Assembly (NCBI GenBank): GCA_018238155.1
Contig: JABCTZ010000009.1
Location: 1-64,000, forward strand
Direction: 5' to 3'
Length of the DNA: 64,000 bases
Origin: Candidatus Heimdallarchaeota archaeon
GTDB lineage: Archaea; Asgardarchaeota; Heimdallarchaeia; JABLTI01
Part shown: positions 1-8,458 of the stretch, piece by piece
How the letters are laid out: every line of letters starts with the position of its first letter
How positions within the stretch are numbered: position 1 is the first letter of the stretch
The notes under the pieces: generated by a model
Database searches by the model: none
Seen by the model: the letters and a program-made list of their open reading frames with translations, nothing else
Told to the model about the DNA's origin: nothing
Program-made: the position numbers and the translations under genes

Positions 1-61
1 ATCTTTTCTTTACTAATCTTTTCTTTACTAATCTTTTCTTCGCAAAAGGAATGATAAGAAA
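1..61 (+). repeat. Conserved cassette leader copy A (5' part outside window): tandem ACTAATCTTTTCTT[T/C] units followed by GCAAAAGGAATGATAAGAAA-ATG
   Basis: A partial unit at 1-11 and full 15-mers at 12-26 and 27-41. The 3' block CAAAAGGAATGATAAGAAAATG is identical to the one before ORF 3093. Confidence 0.85.
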
Positions 62-1303
62 ATGATAAAAAAAATACTGAAAAACTACTTATTTGCTATA
101 CTACTGATAACCTTATCAGCTAGTTGTCTTGCATCAGGCTTTGTTTTAGACCCTGGTGACAGTGGTAATGGAGATGGAGATGCTGATATTACTCCACCTT
201 ATGTTGCTATAAGAGATTCAACGGGTGGAATTATAACCCAAAGCTACCAATTCGCAACAGTGAAAGTTGTTGCATCTGATCTAGAAGAATTAGACTATGT
301 AAAAATTTATGTAGATAACGTCTATAAAGAAACATTCTCCTCTGGTTCTTATGATTATAATTGGGATGTTAGCGGCTATAACAGTAAATCAATACATACA
401 GTGAAAGCAATCGCTTATGATAAAGCAGGGAATTCGAGAGCAGTCAGCAAGTCTTACATTATTGGCTACTCAGAGGATACTCAACATTATTTAAACCCTA
501 TTGGTCGTACAGGACCTGGGCTTATTAATCTTGGAACTATTGCTTACACGATAATTGAAAGCGATCTTTTTTGTATAATAATGCAAATACATGGTTGGCA
601 AATGACGATGCCACTTGATCAAACCCGTACCAATGTTTTAGATGTTACAATGATGTATTATTGTAAAGATACTCATCGTCTTGATTATAATTTGGATTCA
701 ACTGAGAGACCTCTCACAGCTCCTGATGGAACGCTTATGGCACTTAATTTCGAAATGGAAGAAACTAATATTAATTTAGCAGATCATTCTTTTGGAAGAG
801 TTATGCAAGAAGAAGATAATGATCGGTTATTTTGGCCGAATTTTAATACTCCGGATAAAGTAGCAGCAACTGATTTAGCAATAACTGTTCTTTCATGGAC
901 AATTGGAGCTGTAGTAACTCAACTGGATCTTAGTAAACTTGCTGGCTTTGCTGTTGGAAAAGCAAAGGATTATTTCATAGATGAATTAAGAGCTGGCAAT
1001 GTAAAATCTTTTAGAACTGGAGAGGATAGTGAAGACGATTTTCTTGGTGCAATTCCAGTAGATATTGTTTATCGGAATCAAGAACCAGGTCAAAATGTTA
1101 AATATCCTGACAATAAATATAATTATGCATATGATGCAATAAGTCGTCATCGAATATATTATCGCTATCATAATTGGACTGAACTTGCAGGACAAACTCT
1201 TGGAATAAAATTCAGGTGCAATGCAGAATATGTTGATAGTAGAGATACTACTATATGTACCATTTTCAGTGAATGGGTGAAGGTTGAATTTAAACTCGAT
1301 TGA
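62..1303 (+). CDS. Secreted protein: signal peptide, acidic linker, Ig-like (Big-type) domain, unknown C-terminal domain
   Basis: Basic/hydrophobic N-terminus; DITPPYV...AIAYDKAGN Ig-like motif; hydrophobic stretch LAITVLSWTIGAVV in the C-terminal half. Confidence 0.7.
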   Translation: MIKKILKNYLFAILLITLSASCLASGFVLDPGDSGNGDGDADITPPYVAIRDSTGGIITQSYQFATVKVVASDLEELDYVKIYVDNVYKETFSSGSYDYNWDVSGYNSKSIHTVKAIAYDKAGNSRAVSKSYIIGYSEDTQHYLNPIGRTGPGLINLGTIAYTIIESDLFCIIMQIHGWQMTMPLDQTRTNVLDVTMMYYCKDTHRLDYNLDSTERPLTAPDGTLMALNFEMEETNINLADHSFGRVMQEEDNDRLFWPNFNTPDKVAATDLAITVLSWTIGAVVTQLDLSKLAGFAVGKAKDYFIDELRAGNVKSFRTGEDSEDDFLGAIPVDIVYRNQEPGQNVKYPDNKYNYAYDAISRHRIYYRYHNWTELAGQTLGIKFRCNAEYVDSRDTTICTIFSEWVKVEFKLD

Positions 1304-1335
1304 TCTAACCATAGATTATTGAATTAATTACAAAA

Positions 1336-2673
1336 ATGTTAATAGGATGGAAAATAATGACTAGACAAAAGAAACCACAATTAAGAAAAGAATATTTATT
1401 TCAAAAAACAACTAATTCACTACGACGAATATTATTAAGAAACAACAATAATTTCTATCCTATTGTTGTCATTTTAATAGTTGGATTCTCGAGCTTGCAT
1501 ATATCAACAGATTTCTCTTTGATAGATTCTACTATAGCTACTATTCCACCAGTTGATCAAAATTATCAAATTAATGCCTATGTGGAACCAACACTAATAG
1601 CACAATATCCTTCTGATAGATATACTTCGGGGCTGGGGTTTGCTATGCGAGATAACTACATCTACAGTAGTATTGGTAACAATCCCACTATTATTGATGT
1701 GAGTAACAACAGTAATCCGACATTTATAGCAGAGTATACTAATGAGCAGAGTAGTATATATGCTCTTGTCTTACAAGATAACTACATGTATCTTGGAGGT
1801 TATTCTGGTTTAGAGATTCTGAATATCAGTGACTTTGATAGCATTACTAAGGTTGGGTCTTATAATAACACTGGAGATGTTAGAGCTCTTGCTTTGCAAG
1901 AAGACTATGCCTACTTGGCTGCTGGTAGCAATGGTTTGGTTATCGTCAATATTAGCGATCCAACCCAACCGGTAGAGGTGGGCTGCTTTAATGATGGTGG
2001 GGATACTTGGGATGTTGCGCTCAAAGGATCACTTGCCTTTGTGACTGATTCCAAAACTACTTTAGATATCATTAACATAAGCGATCCTCAGAATCCGGTT
2101 AAAATAAGTCATTTTGAGGATGAAGTATATGACAATATGCGTGGGCTTAGTATCACATTAAATGATTCGTATGCATATCTCGGTACTTCCCATTATGGTC
2201 TTTTCATTCTTGATATTACAGACATTACTCATCCGGTAAGAATTGGTCATTATTATGGAAAATTTGCCGGCGAAATTGGCAATGAAGGAAATGAAGAGTT
2301 TATTACAAGTACATATGTAAATGAGAAATACGTTTTCGAAACTGCTGCTATGAATGGTTTATATATTCTTGATGCTAGTGACCCCTCTAACCCCATCCTA
2401 ATAGGGCAATATACCTCACATAATATTCTTTATGGCGTCTTTTTGCATGAGTCGTATCTTTATCTACAAACTTCAATTGACGGTATCCGGATTCTGAACT
2501 TGACTTTTCATAGTGGTAATCCTCCAAGAGATTATTCGGGACTTATCTTAACTTTAATTATCGTTCCCATTGTGGGTGTGGTGATTATTCTACCGCTCTT
2601 CTTGAAGTACAAGCGAAAGAAGAAAATGGAAAAGATGGTTAACCTCTTTCGCTCAGAGAACACTAAAAAATAA
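1336..2673 (+). CDS. LVIVD-repeat beta-propeller surface protein with C-terminal membrane anchor
   Basis: Repeats such as YAYLAAGSNGLVIVNISDPTQP and GLFILDITDITHP; C-terminal TM helix followed by KYKRKKK. True start may be downstream. Confidence 0.85.
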   Translation: MLIGWKIMTRQKKPQLRKEYLFQKTTNSLRRILLRNNNNFYPIVVILIVGFSSLHISTDFSLIDSTIATIPPVDQNYQINAYVEPTLIAQYPSDRYTSGLGFAMRDNYIYSSIGNNPTIIDVSNNSNPTFIAEYTNEQSSIYALVLQDNYMYLGGYSGLEILNISDFDSITKVGSYNNTGDVRALALQEDYAYLAAGSNGLVIVNISDPTQPVEVGCFNDGGDTWDVALKGSLAFVTDSKTTLDIINISDPQNPVKISHFEDEVYDNMRGLSITLNDSYAYLGTSHYGLFILDITDITHPVRIGHYYGKFAGEIGNEGNEEFITSTYVNEKYVFETAAMNGLYILDASDPSNPILIGQYTSHNILYGVFLHESYLYLQTSIDGIRILNLTFHSGNPPRDYSGLILTLIIVPIVGVVIILPLFLKYKRKKKMEKMVNLFRSENTKK

Positions 2674-2980
2674 TCGCTTAGCTAAACTAATCTTAGATTA
2701 GTTTTTTTCTTTTTTTCATCACTGTTTTTTTGCTTGGATTCTTTTCCCGCATAAAAAAGGAGAAATGAAGTGAAATTAATTATTTTCGCTTGAGAGGTGA
2801 CTAGGATTATCAAATGATTATCCAAACTAGATTCATAGTCATGAAATAGATGTGTTATTCGTAAAAATACTAGTTGAAAAAAGCACCTTAAATGCTAAAA
2901 ATCAATTACTTGATGTGTCGCTATGTTCACAATCTTTATATAAAACCACGTAAATACTATCAACTAATACTTATGTGAGA

Positions 2981-3092
2981 GGAAGTATTGAAGAGTGAGA
3001 GAGTATGGTAAGAAAGAAAATGAATTAACAATAGTTCTTTCTTCACAATCTTTTCTTCACAATCTTTTCTTCACAAAAGGAATGATAAGAAA
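2981..3092 (+). repeat. Conserved cassette leader copy B (complete)
   Basis: GGAAGTATT...GAGTATGGTAAGAAAG, then ACAATCTTTTCTTC twice (3045-3072), then ACAAAAGGAATGATAAGAAA-ATG. TATA-like TTTATATA at about 2934-2941. Confidence 0.85.
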
Positions 3093-4340
3093 ATGAAAAA
3101 AATAGAAAATAATTATTTGAAAATTATACTTATAATTTGTATGATTATAGGTTCTAATCTGGCTAGTTTGGATAAATCATCTATTGGAAATTCAAGTAAT
3201 AGAATAAATAATATTCCATCTGAAATTACAAGTGATGATTTCTCCATAGAAAGTATTCCATCTGATTCTCTAAGTCTTTTGGATGCATCGAATTATATTA
3301 TCCAACATGCTATTATCAATAATTTTGCTATTACTTCTGTAAGTTATTCATCAACAATGTTGATTGAAACCAAAGATAGTCTTATTGTAATAGGTCATGG
3401 ATTTTTTAATTCACAAAATCAATTCTATATTGGGAAATACTCTGAAATTCAAATACAATCTTTTGCTTCAAATAAAGATTTCGTTGCATTACTATCTTGT
3501 TATTCTTCAAATATAAAACTAAATAATGAAATCCATTTAACATTCCCCAATGAAATTGATATTATATCTGCAATAAACGAACTTTTTACTCTTTTAGAAT
3601 GGGAAAAAATTGCAGAGTTTACTCCAATAGAAAATCGTAAGTTGTTTGACTTACATCCTGGTGTAGGGGGTGGATCAGAAGATTATGTCTCAACAACATT
3701 TTTCACAGATGATTTCTATGCGTATACATATCATCCATTAACTGGACAATATACATATTGGAGTTTACGAAGTAAAACAGCAATATATAGCATCAATGCT
3801 TTTTTGAGAACATATCAAAATCATAGGGTTTATGTAATTGGATCTGGTGAGTTTACTTTTCATACAGAAAAATCATACTTTTATGGCCTTCTTAAAACAA
3901 CTTCAATAAGATATGAGTATCATAAATTTTATTGTCGAGTTTGGACTAAATATGAAGGTGGTAAGCTATATACATGTATAAATAATTTCATTATGGATGA
4001 TAGCTATATGGAAAATAATCCTTCTTTGTGGAAAATGAGTAATGAGGAAGCTGCAAATCTATTTAATATAAATTCAATAGATGCATATTATACCTCACTA
4101 ATAAAAACTGCTCTAGTTATTGCAGGATTTGGTGTGTCACTCTTTTTAACCGGATTAGGATTTGCAGTATCAAGAAAGTCTTTAGCAGCTGTTTTATTTA
4201 AAATTGCTGGAATAGCTATTACTCCTGGTTTGATTGCAGCTGCAGGTTTATTAATTGTTATAATATGTCTTTATTGCTTAATAATTATGTATGACGATTG
4301 GAATAAACGCCAAGGTTACTTAGTAGCAATAAGAGTGTGA
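3093..4340 (+). CDS. Secreted protein with C-terminal Gly/Ala-rich hydrophobic helices (possible membrane-active toxin precursor)
   Basis: Signal peptide; central HPGVGGGS linker; C-terminus ALVIAGFGVSLFLTGLGFAV...IAGIAITPGLIAAAGLLIVII. The toxin role is inference. Confidence 0.6.
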   Translation: MKKIENNYLKIILIICMIIGSNLASLDKSSIGNSSNRINNIPSEITSDDFSIESIPSDSLSLLDASNYIIQHAIINNFAITSVSYSSTMLIETKDSLIVIGHGFFNSQNQFYIGKYSEIQIQSFASNKDFVALLSCYSSNIKLNNEIHLTFPNEIDIISAINELFTLLEWEKIAEFTPIENRKLFDLHPGVGGGSEDYVSTTFFTDDFYAYTYHPLTGQYTYWSLRSKTAIYSINAFLRTYQNHRVYVIGSGEFTFHTEKSYFYGLLKTTSIRYEYHKFYCRVWTKYEGGKLYTCINNFIMDDSYMENNPSLWKMSNEEAANLFNINSIDAYYTSLIKTALVIAGFGVSLFLTGLGFAVSRKSLAAVLFKIAGIAITPGLIAAAGLLIVIICLYCLIIMYDDWNKRQGYLVAIRV

Positions 4341-4789
4341 TAAAAATGACTCTAAATGATGATAAAAATGAACAAATCCTTAAATCTAAAAATATGGAAT
4401 TTAGGTTTTTTGCTATTTGGTTTTTGTTAGCAGCGGCAGTTACATTTGGGATAATTTATATTCAATTTCTGATTCCCAGGGAATTACTAATTGAAGCTAA
4501 TGTTATTAGCCCTTATTTAACAAGAATTTATATTATATTGGGTGGAGTATCAGTACTATTGTTTGCTTCATTTTTTATAATACGATTTATGTTATACCCA
4601 TCATTATTCTTGTATTTCCACAATAAAAAAACAAAGGAAAGCGGTTTTGCATTAATGATGTATAATGTATCTTTTCCAACTTCTATAAAAATGAAAGTTT
4701 TCAAAGCTTTCTATATTGTTTTAGTAGTTAGTTCAATTATTCTACTTGTAGCATCTCAAATAATACTTTATAGTATTATATTTTTCTAG
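4337..4789 (+). CDS. Small three-TM membrane protein translationally coupled to the upstream gene (possible immunity protein)
   Basis: GTGA start/stop overlap with ORF 3093-4340; three hydrophobic segments. Confidence 0.6.
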   Translation: MIKMTLNDDKNEQILKSKNMEFRFFAIWFLLAAAVTFGIIYIQFLIPRELLIEANVISPYLTRIYIILGGVSVLLFASFFIIRFMLYPSLFLYFHNKKTKESGFALMMYNVSFPTSIKMKVFKAFYIVLVVSSIILLVASQIILYSIIFF

Positions 4790-4939
4790 AATTATTCTAG
4801 AAAATTATCCTTTTTTTTCTAAATTAACAACATCTTTTCGTCCTATTCTTTCATTTTATATGCATCCATTTTTTTTCATTAAAAATTTAGCTTGCTTATA
4901 TGTGCCTAATAATGTTAATTCATTAATCCTTTAATGAAA

Positions 4940-5014
4940 GGAAGTATTAGAGAAAATGAGCGCGAGTATTGTAAGAAAGGTTGTTAGTCTTTACTAATCT
5001 TTTCTTTAGCAAAA
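4940..5014 (+). repeat. Conserved cassette leader copy C (truncated, no downstream cassette)
   Basis: GGAAGTATT...GAGTATTGTAAGAAAG, one ACTAATCTTTTCTTT unit, then AGCAAAA. It ends at the stop codon of the convergent gene. Confidence 0.75.
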
Positions 5015-5437
5015 CTATATTTGTCTTCGTGAAGCAGTTTCACCTTGGTAGTAGAGTTTTTGTGAATGCTTAATTGGTACCTTTCGCATTATTTCTGAGT
5101 AATTTGGGTCAGGAAGCTCTTTCAAGTATGAGATTATTTTGCTAGTAGTAGAAAGATCTCGGTCTGTTTTCAACAGCAATTTTGTGTATTCGATTTCAGA
5201 TTGACTAAAATCACCTTCCATCTTGTCATTTTCAATAAATAAACAAATTAGATGAACCTTATCTTTAATTGTCTTATTAAAGAGAAGAGAGGTAACTTTA
5301 GCTGAGAGTCTATTATCATCTTTCCTGACAAATTCAGGATTCAAAATTAATAAATGGGTTAAAATATTATAGTATTGCTCAGCACTTTCTCCGAGAACTT
5401 TGACACAAGCAGTTTCAAGTGGTGTTTTTTCCTTCAA
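5015..5437 (-). CDS. Hypothetical protein (140 aa)
   Basis: Open frame with TTG start and protein-like helical composition; no motif recognised. Confidence 0.6.
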   Translation of the reverse strand: MKEKTPLETACVKVLGESAEQYYNILTHLLILNPEFVRKDDNRLSAKVTSLLFNKTIKDKVHLICLFIENDKMEGDFSQSEIEYTKLLLKTDRDLSTTSKIISYLKELPDPNYSEIMRKVPIKHSQKLYYQGETASRRQI

Positions 5438-5650
5438 AATTATTACCCAAAAGTAGAACGTGCAATCAAGTATATAATGGTATCAGAAACAGTAATCAAA
5501 TAAATAGAATAACTCAAAGCAAAAAGTATCAATACTAATTTGTTTTTTATACAATACATACTCTTTTAAAAGGGAAAGGGCAATTTTCTCATAGGAATTT
5601 TTTTCCCACTTTTAAACTCACAAATTGTCAAAAGGAGTTTTACAACCAGA

Positions 5651-5920
5651 ATGTCAGAAAAATCAAAAATCTGGAAGACTATGCCTCTCTCAACCGCAGT
5701 ACTAATGGTCATCGAAAAAAGACAAGGAGTCGTTTTGGATGATGAATTAGGAAATATCCTTTCAATGGAGTTTGGTGACGTTTCCAAATCAGAAATAAAT
5801 CAAACATTAATGAATCTTGAAATAAGGGGATTAGTTCATGTCAGTTATATAACAAAGAACAAAAGACGTATTGAAAGAATAAAAGATGACATGCTCTATA
5901 TGGCTGTAGGCGAGGATTAA
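5651..5920 (+). CDS. Small stand-alone winged-helix protein
   Basis: Pattern SEINQTLMNLEIRGLVHVSYITKNKRRIE (recognition helix plus wing); AGGAG upstream. Confidence 0.75.
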   Translation: MSEKSKIWKTMPLSTAVLMVIEKRQGVVLDDELGNILSMEFGDVSKSEINQTLMNLEIRGLVHVSYITKNKRRIERIKDDMLYMAVGED

Positions 5921-5961
5921 AAAAATATAAAGTCTCCGAAAAATAGAAATAATGATTAAAC

Positions 5962-6011
5962 TTTTTTTTACAAAAAAAAGAGTTATTTGTAGCGTTGAAT
6001 CACACGCTACA
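5962..6011. terminator. Bidirectional terminator between the convergent wHTH and ESCRT-III genes
   Basis: T-run at 5962-5969, A-run at 5972-5979, and hairpin TGTAGCGT/ACGCTACA at 5988-6011. Confidence 0.6.
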
Positions 6012-6029
6012 GAGTAGCTTTATTGTTAA

Positions 6030-6695
6030 TTAAGCGCCGCTTCTTTCACGTTCAATTTTCTTTCGGAGCTCAGCAATTTCATCGCCAATCTCATCATCTT
6101 CTTTTTCAGTTACTTTTGTTTTTCCAGTTGAGACACTGGTACCAACATCAGGTAACTCATCGACTTGCCCAAGAGAGAGCTCCATTTCTAACTCAGCCAT
6201 TTCTTGGTCGATCATATCTTCCATATCAATATCGAGTTCAGTTTCTGAAAAGGAAGTATCCGCTAAAGCTTCAGAAGCAAAGGCTACTTTTTCCATAGAG
6301 GATTGCATTTCAAACATAGCACGTTCGGTGTCAGCAGGACTGACGTTTTTAAGCGTATCCTCAATAACTACAACACCATCTTTAATAGCATGAGTAGTCT
6401 CAGCGACATCCTTGGCCTCAGAGATGGATTCAATCATTCCTTGTAAGTTCAAAATCTTATTCTGAGTCTCATTCAATTTCTTCAAATATAACTGGCGACG
6501 CATAAGAGCTTGCTTTGCACCGGCTTTATTGCCACCCTTCATCATATCTTTGGCAATACCTTTCTGTTCATCAGCTTGTTGCGTTAATCGTCTAGACTGG
6601 AGAGTATATTTGTTAATAACTCGACGAATTTTACTAATACTTTCAGTGTCTTTGGGCTTATCTTTGCCAAAGAGCCAATTTTTAACTTTGGGCAC
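6030..6695 (-). CDS. ESCRT-III Snf7-family protein (Vps20/Vps32/Vps60-like)
   Basis: N-terminal NWLFGK amphipathic motif; GNKAGAKQALMRRQLYLKKL core typical of Snf7; basic N-half and acidic C-half; terminal DEIAELRKKIE MIM-like helix; GTG start after GGTGGT. Confidence 0.92.
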   Translation of the reverse strand: MPKVKNWLFGKDKPKDTESISKIRRVINKYTLQSRRLTQQADEQKGIAKDMMKGGNKAGAKQALMRRQLYLKKLNETQNKILNLQGMIESISEAKDVAETTHAIKDGVVVIEDTLKNVSPADTERAMFEMQSSMEKVAFASEALADTSFSETELDIDMEDMIDQEMAELEMELSLGQVDELPDVGTSVSTGKTKVTEKEDDEIGDEIAELRKKIERERSGA

Positions 6696-6750
6696 GGTTT
6701 TCTTACCACCTAACTTTTTTACAATTTACTTGTTTTGAAATTTGGTTTTT

Positions 6751-6847
6751 CCCTTTCTATGTTCCGAGCCTTCCTGTTCATTGAACCGGTCGCGTTCTCC
6801 AGGTTAGCATTGCTCATGAGAGGGATTAGTAGATGCACTCAGCATCT
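6751..6847 (-). ncRNA. Candidate structured RNA or 5' leader with a K-turn-like motif upstream of ESCRT-III
   Basis: GC-rich island in an AT-rich spacer. Nested stems on the minus strand: GAGC/GCUC, CCUG/CAGG and GAAC/GUUC, with GA opposite AAUGA. Second hairpin AGAUGC/GCAUCU at 6831-6847. Confidence 0.45.
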
Positions 6848-6876
6848 TTGATATGATCAAGATTTCTCTTTTTTCT

Positions 6877-7155
6877 TTACCGATTCTGAGTTTCCTTTAT
6901 GATTATTCTGTCATTCATAATATTTAATGTTCCCATATGATACCCATTGATTGCAAGGTTCACCATTAATAATAAATGGTTTCTTAATGAACTTTTTTTA
7001 AAGTCCATTGCTTCTACTGTGCGTTTTAACTCAGTAGAGTGATATATAAAGTTATACAATTTGTAAGCTGAATGGCTTCTTTTTTCTATTTCTTTTGCTA
7101 GTTGTTTGAAATCTATTTCTCCATTTTCAAAGTCGTATCTTGTTTGTGTTTTCAA
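6877..7155 (-). CDS. Hypothetical protein (92 aa)
   Basis: Open frame with TTG start; no motif recognised. Confidence 0.4.
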   Translation of the reverse strand: MKTQTRYDFENGEIDFKQLAKEIEKRSHSAYKLYNFIYHSTELKRTVEAMDFKKSSLRNHLLLMVNLAINGYHMGTLNIMNDRIIIKETQNR

Positions 7156-7498
7156 CGATTTCTATCTTGTATTCGTAGTAACAATAGTGATATGACAAAG
7201 ACCGAAAAAAATTGATTAAAAGAAGCAATTGTTCTAAAATCCAGAGAATACTTTTATTTTGATTTCCATATAGTTTACTTGAATTGAAAATTATTTCCTA
7301 AGAAATAAGGAAGGAGATTTATAAGTTGCAGATAACTCGAAAATTAAGGAGAGGAGGATTTATGATAATATTTATTCTTTTATCCTTCTTCTTACTAAAA
7401 CGTGAACATAGTACTGGCACAACTGTTTGAGTGCATCCTTTAGTAAAAATGGAAAATTCTTTTAAATCTTGGTGCAAGTAGCATTTTAGTGAAATAAA

Positions 7499-8421
7499 AT
7501 GAAAAAATGGCTTAAAATCACAATTGTTTCTTCGATTAGTTTCTTACTTATTTCAGGACTGTTAGTCGTATTCGTTATCATTCCTGTTGTTGGAAAAAAT
7601 ACAATGCTTTTTCCTAAGCACCGGAAACATTTAATTCACCTGATGAATTTAGCATGACCTATGAAAATGTTACCTTTTCAACAAGCGATGGCTTGGTCCT
7701 TAAAGGATGGTATATTGAACCTCAAAACTCTTCAAAACCTGAATCAAATATAACGGTAATAGTCATCCATGGACAAGGTAGTTCAAAGTCATTTATGCTT
7801 GATCACTATGGTCAAGAATTATTTGATGTAGGTTATCGATTACTCTTCTTTGATTCTAGATATCATGGAGAATCTCCTGATGCTGAATTTGGTCTTTCGT
7901 ATGGTATTAATGAAGTTAAAGATATCAGAGCTGCTGTTGATTATGCTAAAGCTCAACCTGAAGTAAATGGTTCTCATGTTATTCTTCTTGCTGAAAGTAT
8001 GGGTGCTGCTACCACTCTTTTCTATACTGCGCGATATAATGATGTTGCTGGTATTATTGTTGATTCTTCTTGGGCAATGGGTGATGCAATGATAGAGCAA
8101 TTATGGCCTGTAGTATCTGGTCTTCCCTGGTTTATTTTCGGACAAATTACTGTTGCAATGTTGGAAAGTCATTATGGTTTTACATTTGCTGATATTTCAC
8201 CTGCTATTAATGCAACTACTATTACTACTCCAACTTTCATTGTACACGGATTGGCTGACATATCGATTAGTTATGATGATGCTGATTTAATCTATGATGC
8301 TTTACCTAGTTCATTACTAAAGGAAATTTGGACTTATCCTGGTAGGGGTCATGTAGAAAGTTATCTTGAGCCAAATTATTTCATAAATATAGCTAATTTT
8401 ATCACAACTATTTTTGCTTAA
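7499..8421 (+). pseudogene. Membrane-anchored alpha/beta hydrolase with a frameshift near 7615-7625
   Basis: ATG 7499 encodes a signal anchor (MKKWLKITIVSSISFLLISGLLVVFV). The catalytic frame (PETFNSPDEFSMTYENVTF...IHGQG...AESMGA...HG.AD...GH) lies in the -1 frame. Confidence 0.7.
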
Positions 8422-8458
8422 AAAAAGGAATTCAATCAAAATTCCTAGCAACTTTTTT

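Noticed and set aside
1-41. Tandem 15-bp repeats as a CRISPR array
   Set aside because: The units are directly adjacent with no spacers, too short, and there are no cas genes.
6751-6824. Eukaryote-like SECIS element (AUGA...GA)
   Set aside because: The AUGA/GA orientation and stem length do not fit a SECIS, and no upstream gene on that strand has a plausible in-frame UGA.
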